Shown here: in pieces, positions 52,647 to 60,708 of the stretch
Layout of the letters: every line of letters begins with the position of its first letter
Position numbering within the stretch: position 1 is the first letter of the stretch
Assembly: GCA_900544645.1 (NCBI GenBank)
Contig: UQWG01000002.1
Location: 10,715 to 74,714, forward strand
DNA from: an uncultured Collinsella sp.
GTDB lineage: Bacteria > Actinomycetota > Coriobacteriia > Coriobacteriales > Coriobacteriaceae
DNA: 64,000 bases
Direction of reading: 5' to 3'
Program-made: the position numbers and the translations under genes
Notes under the pieces: generated by a model
Databases searched by the model: none
What the model saw: only the letters and a program-made list of their open reading frames with translations
What the model was told of the DNA's origin: nothing

Positions 52647-52916
52647 ATGTTGTTGTTCCTTATCTGCACGCGCAATGGGCACGGCATGCGGCCGCGCGGG
52701 CGTGCTTGGTAGTGCGCTAATACATACAAAAACGGGTGCGCACAGAGAGGACGTTGCTCAGCACGCTGGCGATCGCTTTGGCAGCCCTATCACGCGCCGT
52801 CCAGACGCAGCAGCTCTAAGCGATGGAGCAGATTCGCCGCCGGTTAGTATACCCGTGCTTCGCATGCCCCCACGTAAACCACAGATGACGAGGCGGACGA
52901 GGTGGGCCCGGCTGAT

Positions 52917-53056
52917 TGTCTCAATCTGTAGCATCTACAGGGCAAATCTTCCTCTACGTGTTACAGATCGAGACAAACGGTCAACACAGTTCACAAACGT
53001 CTCAATCTGTAACAGTTACCGAGTAAAATCGGCCCTAATTGTTATAGATCAAGACA
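52917..53056. repeat. Family A palindrome array 1 (2 x 59-bp units)
   Basis: Units at 52917..52975 and 52998..53056 with arms resembling TGTCTCGATCTGTAACA / TGTTACAGATCGAGACA. Confidence 0.9.
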
Positions 53057-53234
53057 GAGGGGGATTTCTGTTCAATCCAAACCAAATCTCTCGCTCTTCC
53101 TGCAATTTCGAACATGTGGCCTATAATGTTGCTTTGGTTACGCTATATATTGCGCAGCCATTTAATACGTCGCCCACCGGGGGCCATTAATTCCTATCGC
53201 CATATTGACTAGGAAGCAATCAAAGGAGGTATCC

Positions 53235-54197
53235 GTGGCAGCAGAGACACCTTGCTCGGTCCTCTATAACGATATTCGCTCGTTCGGCGGTCTTAAACAT
53301 CTCGAGATCGCCCGAATGCTCATCAATGGAAACTCTTATCTCGGCAGTACCCTGCTCGAGAAATGTTCTTCCAACCGCTCGTATCTCACCCGTTACATCG
53401 TCCATCGCAAGCCTGACCAGTGCGCACCCTCCATCTACAGCGACTTTACCGTCACCACACTCAACCTTTCCTCGGCAATCTGCAGCAAGCTCGGCGGCGG
53501 CGAGTCCGCCTATCGGGCAATCGCCGAGCACTATCGCGGTCCGGCCGCCAACGAAATGATGTCGGCTCTCGCCAGCTACAAGCTGGACAGCCGCCTATAT
53601 GCAAATGCCCTCAATCGCATCGACAACTTCGACGGCAATGCCGTGCGCGAGAAAAGCACGCTTTACCTTATGCTCTTTGTGGCAACGGGGGCGCTCGCCG
53701 ATCCCGTTCAGGGCGTGGCCACCGTCGAGCGCTTTTGCGACAGCAAGACGGGCGGGCACTTTGGCACCACCGAAACTACCGTCGGACGTGGCTTTATGAG
53801 CAGCCTGGAACAGCCGCGCACCGTCGCCCCCAATCTCGGTCTGCTCAGAACCCATGCCGACAACTGCGCCGGCATGCAAATCCATCCCCTCACACACGAT
53901 CCACGCGGCACCGTGATTGGTTCTTTGCCCAAAACCTCGCCCAGCATCACCGATGTAGGCGCCGACACCTCGCGCGAGCATCTTCGCATTTGGCTCGAGG
54001 GTGAGCACTGGTACGCCCAGGGCCTTGGGTCGACCAATGGCACAGTGCTCGAATCGGGCGCGGGTGACGGCGATATCGTAATCGAGCCGCCCCGCGACCA
54101 ACGAGAGCCCGGCAAAGTCTATCCCCCAGTGGAAATCGAAAACAGCGACAGGCTCCATCTGGGTCTCTACACGACATTCCTTGTCATTGTGGACTAG
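53235..54197 (+). CDS. FHA domain-containing protein (C-terminal FHA)
   Basis: IG..., SREHLRI, LGSTNGT and D.LHLG FHA motifs; GTG start after AAGGAGG. Confidence 0.85.
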   Translation: MAAETPCSVLYNDIRSFGGLKHLEIARMLINGNSYLGSTLLEKCSSNRSYLTRYIVHRKPDQCAPSIYSDFTVTTLNLSSAICSKLGGGESAYRAIAEHYRGPAANEMMSALASYKLDSRLYANALNRIDNFDGNAVREKSTLYLMLFVATGALADPVQGVATVERFCDSKTGGHFGTTETTVGRGFMSSLEQPRTVAPNLGLLRTHADNCAGMQIHPLTHDPRGTVIGSLPKTSPSITDVGADTSREHLRIWLEGEHWYAQGLGSTNGTVLESGAGDGDIVIEPPRDQREPGKVYPPVEIENSDRLHLGLYTTFLVIVD

Positions 54198-54275
54198 CGC
54201 GGACGGCGATCAAAAGACGGTCGCCGTCCGTCTTTCGTCTTCTACCTTCTGCGTCGTAAACGACAATACTCAGCG

Positions 54276-54336
54276 GTATACGTGGGCAGTGCGGCTATCA
54301 TGGTACTTTACCGATAACCGCACTGCTCACGTATAC
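54276..54336. repeat. 61-bp hairpin upstream of the kinase gene
   Basis: GTATACGTGGGCAGTGCGGCTATC / GATAACCGCACTGCTCACGTATAC, 22/24 complementary. Confidence 0.7.
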
Positions 54337-54368
54337 GTGCGGCAACCCATGCCAGACAAAGGAACGCC

Positions 54369-56453
54369 ATGGATACTACCGATAGCGCCTATGGCGACAA
54401 ACTCATCCGTCTTGACACGTTCGACACCGCCGTGGCGGTCGACCCCAGCGCCGAGGACGAGGCCAAGCGTCGGTTTATGACGCTTATTCTCCAGACGGCC
54501 CACCGCAACAACGGCAACATCGGGCACGTGCTGCGCGCGACCAACACGAGCGGCGAGGTCTTTGCCGTCAAGCTACTCAAGGACAACGCCGTCCTTTCCG
54601 GCCAAGCCCCCGACCGCTCCGCCGAGCAATCGGCCGCTCACCTGGCCAACACCGCCGCGCTGTTCGAGGAGTACCGTCATCTGTGTACCGTCTCGCACCT
54701 GCGCGGATTTCCGCGCGTCTATGGCTACGGTTCATGCGAGGACGACCCGCTCATCCTCATGGAGTGGGTCGAGGGCACCTCACTCAAGCAGGCGCTGCCC
54801 CTGCTTCCGCACGACGCCTCGGGCGGGCTGACCACCCAGATGGTCGCCGCCGTCGGAAACGCCGTGCTTCGTGCGCTCTTGATGACCCAAGGCCTCGTGA
54901 ATCCGGTCATCCATCGCGACCTGTCGCCTGCCAATATCATGTTCCGCACCACCAGCCGAACGCTCGAGCAGCAGATTGCCGATTGCTCCTTTGACCCCTG
55001 CCTCATCGACATGGGCTCCGCGACCATGGCTCTCGGCGACGACACGATCACCCGGCGCGCCGACATCTGGCGCTTTGCCACGCCCGCATACGCCGCGCCC
55101 GAGATGCTCACGCGGGATATCGAAGGCATCGCGGCCCTTCGCCGTTCGCCGGCAATCGACGTCTATGCGCTTTCGAGCATTTTGTACCAGCTCTACAGCG
55201 GTCGCAAACCGTTTGACTTTGAGTCGACGGACGCCGCTGCAACCGGCTCGTTCTATCTCGTAAAGACCAAGACCAGGCCGGCACCGCTCGAGCCGCGCTG
55301 CGAGGGCGATGAAGCGCTTGTCCAAATCATCATGAAGGGTCTCTCAGTCGAGCAGTGCGATCGCCCTACCGAGCAGCAGATGCTCGAGGTGCTCTCGACA
55401 TACCTCACCGACGCCGAATCCGAGGGCCGCGAGGGCGCGGGCAGTGACGCCGCAATCGACATCGACTCCGGTACGCACCTTAAGGTCGACGTCGCCGGCG
55501 AGCGCGCGCGAGAGATTCTGGAGCAGGCCCGACACGATGCCATGACCCGCCGCCGGTTTATTATCGGTGGCGTCGTTGCAGCCGTTGCGGGGCTCAGCGT
55601 CGTTGGGGCGGCGACCCATGGCTTTGGCATCCCCGACTACCTGGACGGCATCCGCGGTTCGCTTGACGACTACACCTGGGATCAGCTGCAGGAGATTTCA
55701 CTCAAGATTAAGGCCGCCGAGACCCGTAGCGAGGCACGCGAGATTGCCAAGCGCTATCACCTGCTCGATGCCGATGGGCATATCCCCTATCCGTGTACCA
55801 AACGTGTCACGCTCACCAACGGGCTGGAGGTCGGCGCGCAGCTTGTGGGCATCCGTCACGATGAGCTTCTGGACGGGACGGGCAAGGCCGGGCTGACGTT
55901 TATGTTCGACGCCGGTATTGCCGAGCGCAACGCTGCGGCTGAACCGCCGAGCGCCGGCTGGGCAGATTGCGAGCTGCGGGAATGGCTCGACAGCGACGGC
56001 CTTAAGCTGCTGCCCAACGAGCTGCGCGCACTCATCAAATCTGTCAAAAAGATTTCGAATAACGTTGGCGCCGCCAGAAGCGCATCGTGTCTGAGCGAGC
56101 TGCCCGCAACTCTTTGGCTGCCCGCCATGGTCGAGCTGTGCGGAGTGCAGCCGCCCGAGTCATTTGCCGAGGGCTTTCACTACCTGGCCGACATCTACAA
56201 CGGCGAAGGCAAGGAGTACCAGCTGTTCCGCGAGCTCAAGGTAAGTCCGTATACCACGAACGAGATGTTGGTTCGCCAGTGGAAGGGCAAGGACACCTGT
56301 TGGTGGGAGCGCACGGTGAGCCCCGACACATCGGAGAGCGAAGGCACACTCTATATGAATCGCGTGGGACACGACGGCGACGTCTTTACGTACGCCACGC
56401 CTGCGGAAAAGCCAAACAAGCGAACCTGTGTGATCCCCGGATTCTGCATCTAG
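54369..56453 (+). CDS. Hanks-type Ser/Thr protein kinase with TM helix and DUF6273-like extracellular domain
   Basis: FAVK, HRDLSPAN, DMG, TPAYAAPE and DVYAL motifs; TM helix; C-terminal W..CELREWL, LWLP..EL, WWERT and PGFCI. Confidence 0.88.
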   Translation: MDTTDSAYGDKLIRLDTFDTAVAVDPSAEDEAKRRFMTLILQTAHRNNGNIGHVLRATNTSGEVFAVKLLKDNAVLSGQAPDRSAEQSAAHLANTAALFEEYRHLCTVSHLRGFPRVYGYGSCEDDPLILMEWVEGTSLKQALPLLPHDASGGLTTQMVAAVGNAVLRALLMTQGLVNPVIHRDLSPANIMFRTTSRTLEQQIADCSFDPCLIDMGSATMALGDDTITRRADIWRFATPAYAAPEMLTRDIEGIAALRRSPAIDVYALSSILYQLYSGRKPFDFESTDAAATGSFYLVKTKTRPAPLEPRCEGDEALVQIIMKGLSVEQCDRPTEQQMLEVLSTYLTDAESEGREGAGSDAAIDIDSGTHLKVDVAGERAREILEQARHDAMTRRRFIIGGVVAAVAGLSVVGAATHGFGIPDYLDGIRGSLDDYTWDQLQEISLKIKAAETRSEAREIAKRYHLLDADGHIPYPCTKRVTLTNGLEVGAQLVGIRHDELLDGTGKAGLTFMFDAGIAERNAAAEPPSAGWADCELREWLDSDGLKLLPNELRALIKSVKKISNNVGAARSASCLSELPATLWLPAMVELCGVQPPESFAEGFHYLADIYNGEGKEYQLFRELKVSPYTTNEMLVRQWKGKDTCWWERTVSPDTSESEGTLYMNRVGHDGDVFTYATPAEKPNKRTCVIPGFCI

Positions 56454-56494
56454 GGAGCGGGAGTCTTGCCGTGACGGGACCCCACCCCGGCAAT

Positions 56495-56714
56495 TGTCTT
56501 GATCTGTAACACTAACTCGGCAGATACGGGTCTAGATGTTACAGAACGAGACAAACCCCAACCCCGCGAGACAACATCTCAATCTGTAACAGTAAGGGGT
56601 CAAAAACCTCTCTAGATGTTACAGATCAAGACATTTGAGTTGACCGCGGACGGTCCGTCTCGATCAGTAACAGTTAGAGGTCATATTTGCTGCTAGATGT
56701 TACAGAACGAGACA
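56495..56714. repeat. Family A palindrome array 2 (3 x 59-bp units)
   Basis: Units at 56495..56553, 56575..56633 and 56656..56714. Confidence 0.9.
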
Positions 56715-56854
56715 TTAGCTTGCCGAGAACTTCGCCTCATAAATGTGATTCAAGTGTGTCGATATTTCCTTGCCAATGTTGCGCAACAGAAGCCCTTTCG
56801 GCGGTCGTAACGTACGAATTGTCATAGGTACCCCTTCAACGATTGGGAGAAGAA

Positions 56855-59800
56855 ATGGCAAAGTACGCACCTAAACACTTGGAAGTCTCAAGCGGCGACG
56901 AGCCTCGCCCCACATTCTCGGGCCACAAGGCAACACGACTCGCCGTCACCGCGGCAACCACCATCGCTATGACCGGCTCGTCGCTGCTCGCGCCGTTCTC
57001 GGCATTTGCCAACGATGTGAGTGATACCACGGCACAGGACGCGATCATGTCCCCGCTTGCTGTCCACGCCGGCGAGGCGGCAGGCTCCGCAGTAAAGGCA
57101 GACGCCCAGAAGATTGCCGACTTGCAGGCTGCGATCGACGCCGCAAAGGCTGCCGAGGCAGACGCCAAATCCGACTACGACACGGTGGCTGCCCCCTATA
57201 CCGAAAAGCAGGCGGCACGCGACAACGCACAAAGCACCTATGACGTCTCCGTCTCCGATAATTCGCAGGCAGAGGCCGCCGCGCGCGCCGAATATGCTCG
57301 CCAGCTCGATGAAAGCGTCAAGGCGGCCGACAGCGCCAGCGCCACGCTGAAGGATGCCCAAGGAAAGCTCGATGCAGCCAAGACCGACGCCGAGGACAAG
57401 TCGAAGGTCCTTGATGCCGCAAAGCTGACGGCAGCCGACGCGCAGGCCAAGCTCGAGGCAGCCCAGAAGGCAGCCGCCAACGCAACGCCGGAGGAAATCA
57501 AGGTCGCCGAGCAGGCTGCCGCAGATGCGCAGGCCGCTCTGGACCAAGCAAAGGCTGCGAAGGCCACTGCCGATTCCGCGCTCGCCGATGCCCAGCAGGC
57601 TCAGAGCGCCGCGCAGAGCGCTTACGACGAAGCGGCAGGCACGTTGGCTTCCGCTCAGCAGGAAAAGAACGCCGCGGATGGTAAGGTAGTCGCGGCACAG
57701 AAAGCGTATAACAGCGCACAAGCCGATTTGGCGGCCGCAAAGGCAGGCGCCGAGGGCCCGGAGTATGACGCCGCCCAGGCAAAGGTCGATGCTGCCCAAA
57801 GCGCACTCGACCAGGCGAAAAAGCAGCAGGCGATTGCCGAAGCAGGCCTTTCTCAGGCAAATAGCGACGTTGAATCCAAGCAGGACGCCCTCACCGGCGC
57901 CGAAAGCGAGCTCGAAGCCAAGAAGCAGACAGTCGCAGCAGCCGAAAATGATGTAACGGCAGCCCAGACGAAAGCCGATGCGGCGCAATCGGAGTTGACC
58001 TCGGCAAAGCAGGCACATGCTGCCGAACTGGAGAAGGCAAAGGCCGCTCAGAAACAAGTCGACCAGGCAAAAGCCGAGAAGGAGCAGGCAGACAAGGCGC
58101 TCGAAACTGCCAAGGCAAACCAGGCGGCCGCCGATCAAGCCGTTATCGATGCACAGAAAGCATACGATACGTGCAAGGCAGCAACCGATAAGGCAACGAC
58201 GGCGGAGGCGCAGAGCGTCATCGGCTTCTACCAGTTCATCGGTGCCAACGACGCTGCAAACATCATCTATAGGCAGAGCGATAAAAACCCGACGACCATT
58301 GGCGATAAAAAAGACGGCACGTCACTCGACAACGCCAAGCTATCGTTTAACAAGCTGCGCGAGATTAACGAATACCGTGCAAGCGTTGGATTGAGTGAGC
58401 TTAGGGTGACGGCCGAGCAAATGGCAATCGCCCAATCCGACTCCAATTACTCTGACAAAACGCTAGGTCACTCAGATTACGCCAATTGTGAAAATGCCGC
58501 TTGGAACTTCAGTACTAAAGAAAACATCGCTCACCAATGGGTCGATGATGAAAAGGAGATATTTGACGAGGCTGCAGCGAAAGCCGGCCTTGGCAACGTT
58601 GCCCCCAAAGATGCTTGGGATACTTTCTGGAGCCACAAAACCGAATTCGAAAAGCACGGGGCAGACTTTGGCACCATCGGCCATTATTTGAATATCGTAC
58701 AACCTAACGCCAAAACCATGGGATACGGCATCAACTCGCGCGGAACCCTTTGGCCGCATGTGTTCGTCTTGGAGATCGACAACAATTACGGTTCGTACGA
58801 GAAAGAATACTCGATCGATGAACTCGAGAATCTCTTTGATCAGTATCAGCTGAGCCTCTCCAAAGCCAGCGAAAAGCTCGCCGCCGCAAAGACGGACCTT
58901 GAGCAAAAGCGCAGCACAGCGGCATCGAAAGCCGATGCCGTAAAGGCAGCTGAAACCCTCGTCGCTCAAAAGCAGGAAGGCATTGTTGCCGCGAATAGCG
59001 ACCTTGCCGCCAAGAACGACAGCGTAGCAAGTGCCGCCGCCGCTGTTGCCCTAGCAAAGCAGAATCTCGCCAAGGCAAACGGAAAAGTTGCCGAAGCCGA
59101 AGACCAGGTCAAAGCCGCCCAAAGCAACGTGGCGACCGCAGAGCAGGTCGTCAACCAGAAGCGCGCCGAGCTTAAGGCATCGAAAGAGCAAGCCGCTCAG
59201 AGTCAGAAGAAGGTTGATGACGCCAAGGCAGAGACTCTCGTAAAGCAGCAGGCTCTGCAAGATGCAAAGAAGGAACTTGCCAAGTATTCAGCCGATGTTG
59301 CTGCGGCTCAGGAGAAAGCCGACGAGGCCCATCAGGCGCTTGATGAAGCCACGGCAGCCCAGACGTCTGCCCAGAGCGCTCTCGAAAAGGCGAAGCTCGA
59401 CGAGGCTGCCAAAAAGCAGGCCCTCGACACCGCGAAGGACAACGCTGAGGCCAAGGCGGCGACCGCGGAGCACGCTGCGAGCGATCTGACCACGGCGAAA
59501 AACGACTTTGCTTCAAAGAAGGCCCGTGCCGACGCCCTGAGCAATGCAGCCGATAATCTTGCCACCGCCAAGGCGGCCAAGAAGGAGGCCGACGTAGCAG
59601 TTACCGAGGCCGGAGTCGCCCTTGGTGCGGCAAATGATGCCATCGCGAACGCCGAGCAGGCGGTCGAGAATTCTCAGGCCGCATCGGACGCCGCTGTCGC
59701 TACTCTCGGAAAGCTCAAGTCCATCAACGTTGAAAACGGCATTGCTACTGGCTCTGACGCAAACGCGAACGATACGCTCAATGCCCTCTTTGCCAAGTGC

Positions 59801-60190
59801 GTCGCCGCCAAGCAGGCAGAACATAACGCAAAGGTCGCACTTGATGCCGCTCAGGCAGACCTTGATGCTGCGACGCCCGCCTACACCGCGGCTCTCAACA
59901 GCTACAACGAGGCGAAGGCAAAACGCGTAGCCGCCGAGCAAGCCCTGAAGGACGAGATCGCCCGCCAGGAGCAAGAGGCGGCGAAGGCCGAGCAGGCCAA
60001 GATCACGCAGGCTGCCGCTAAGCCGGTTACTGGAAAGCCGTCTGCCGGCAACGCCAAGACGGCCGCCAACTCGGCACTTCCCACCACAGGCGACAATGCC
60101 GCGCTCGCCGGTGAGACGTTTATCATCGGAGGTGTCGTGCTCGTAGCCGCCGGCGTCTTTCTGACTGACAAGAAGCGTCGTCAGGAGTAA
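56855..60190 (+). CDS. Sortase-anchored coiled-coil surface protein with central CAP/SCP domain
   Basis: Signal peptide ending AFA; Ala/Lys/Gln heptads; INEYRASVGL..ENAAW..W..E..GHYLNI CAP motifs; LPTTG, TM helix and KKRR tail. Confidence 0.9.
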   Translation: MAKYAPKHLEVSSGDEPRPTFSGHKATRLAVTAATTIAMTGSSLLAPFSAFANDVSDTTAQDAIMSPLAVHAGEAAGSAVKADAQKIADLQAAIDAAKAAEADAKSDYDTVAAPYTEKQAARDNAQSTYDVSVSDNSQAEAAARAEYARQLDESVKAADSASATLKDAQGKLDAAKTDAEDKSKVLDAAKLTAADAQAKLEAAQKAAANATPEEIKVAEQAAADAQAALDQAKAAKATADSALADAQQAQSAAQSAYDEAAGTLASAQQEKNAADGKVVAAQKAYNSAQADLAAAKAGAEGPEYDAAQAKVDAAQSALDQAKKQQAIAEAGLSQANSDVESKQDALTGAESELEAKKQTVAAAENDVTAAQTKADAAQSELTSAKQAHAAELEKAKAAQKQVDQAKAEKEQADKALETAKANQAAADQAVIDAQKAYDTCKAATDKATTAEAQSVIGFYQFIGANDAANIIYRQSDKNPTTIGDKKDGTSLDNAKLSFNKLREINEYRASVGLSELRVTAEQMAIAQSDSNYSDKTLGHSDYANCENAAWNFSTKENIAHQWVDDEKEIFDEAAAKAGLGNVAPKDAWDTFWSHKTEFEKHGADFGTIGHYLNIVQPNAKTMGYGINSRGTLWPHVFVLEIDNNYGSYEKEYSIDELENLFDQYQLSLSKASEKLAAAKTDLEQKRSTAASKADAVKAAETLVAQKQEGIVAANSDLAAKNDSVASAAAAVALAKQNLAKANGKVAEAEDQVKAAQSNVATAEQVVNQKRAELKASKEQAAQSQKKVDDAKAETLVKQQALQDAKKELAKYSADVAAAQEKADEAHQALDEATAAQTSAQSALEKAKLDEAAKKQALDTAKDNAEAKAATAEHAASDLTTAKNDFASKKARADALSNAADNLATAKAAKKEADVAVTEAGVALGAANDAIANAEQAVENSQAASDAAVATLGKLKSINVENGIATGSDANANDTLNALFAKCVAAKQAEHNAKVALDAAQADLDAATPAYTAALNSYNEAKAKRVAAEQALKDEIARQEQEAAKAEQAKITQAAAKPVTGKPSAGNAKTAANSALPTTGDNAALAGETFIIGGVVLVAAGVFLTDKKRRQE

Positions 60191-60250
60191 GGATTTCGGG
60201 AGGACTGCCTCTCCTCCCTCCCACCGCTTCGCAAACCCTGCCCAGTATGC

Positions 60251-60287
60251 GCCGGGGCGCCCATCACTCGGGCGTCCCGGCGTTTTA
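60251..60287 (+). terminator. Terminator after the surface protein gene
   Basis: GCCGGGGCGCCC-atcactc-GGGCGTCCCGGC followed by GTTTT. Confidence 0.7.
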
Positions 60288-60318
60288 CGTTGTATGCCCT
60301 GGGCATCTGCTCCGAGAT

Positions 60319-60563
60319 TCTCTCGATCTGTAACAGTAAGACCGATGTTTGGGTCTTACTGTTACAGATCGAGACGTTCGGGTTAGCCTCGAATGGTTTG
60401 TCTCGATCTGTAATATCTAGCAGGAAAAACGGTCTTTAGGTGTTACAGATTGAGACGTTAAGTTGTGGCTCGATGCAATGTCTCGATCTGTAACAGTTAT
60501 TCGACAAAAACGGGTCTAGTTGTTACAGACTGAGACATTAGACCGAGATCGAGACATTAGACC
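60319..60563. repeat. Family A palindrome array 3 (3 units plus a duplicated partial arm)
   Basis: Units at 60319..60376, 60399..60457 and 60479..60537, then GAGACATTAGACCG repeated. Confidence 0.9.
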
Positions 60564-60630
60564 GGCTACGGTCCGCCGACCTGGCTATCACCTCGGCCAA
60601 TAACAGAATGGCATACATTTCAATCTCCAC

Positions 60631-60661
60631 TGGACACCCCCCGGGGGTATGGGTGTATAGT
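60631..60661 (+). promoter_or_regulatory. copA promoter with CsoR-type operator
   Basis: TGGACA-CCCCCCGGGGGTAT..TATAGT: a C/G-tract dyad between -35-like and -10-like boxes, typical of CsoR sites. Confidence 0.7.
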
Positions 60662-60708
60662 GTCAACGGGTTAACAATTCCAACACCAAATTACAGAAAG
60701 GAGGAGCC

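Noticed and set aside
52917..60563. Family A arrays as CRISPR
   Set aside because: Repeats alternate in orientation, are only 17 bp and are degenerate. The cores resemble one another and no cas genes are present.
52917..60563. Family A units as integron attC (59-base elements)
   Set aside because: The length coincides, but AAC/GTT lie at the inner arm ends and do not fit RYYYAAC/GTTRRRY. Units are tandem without genes between them and there is no intI.
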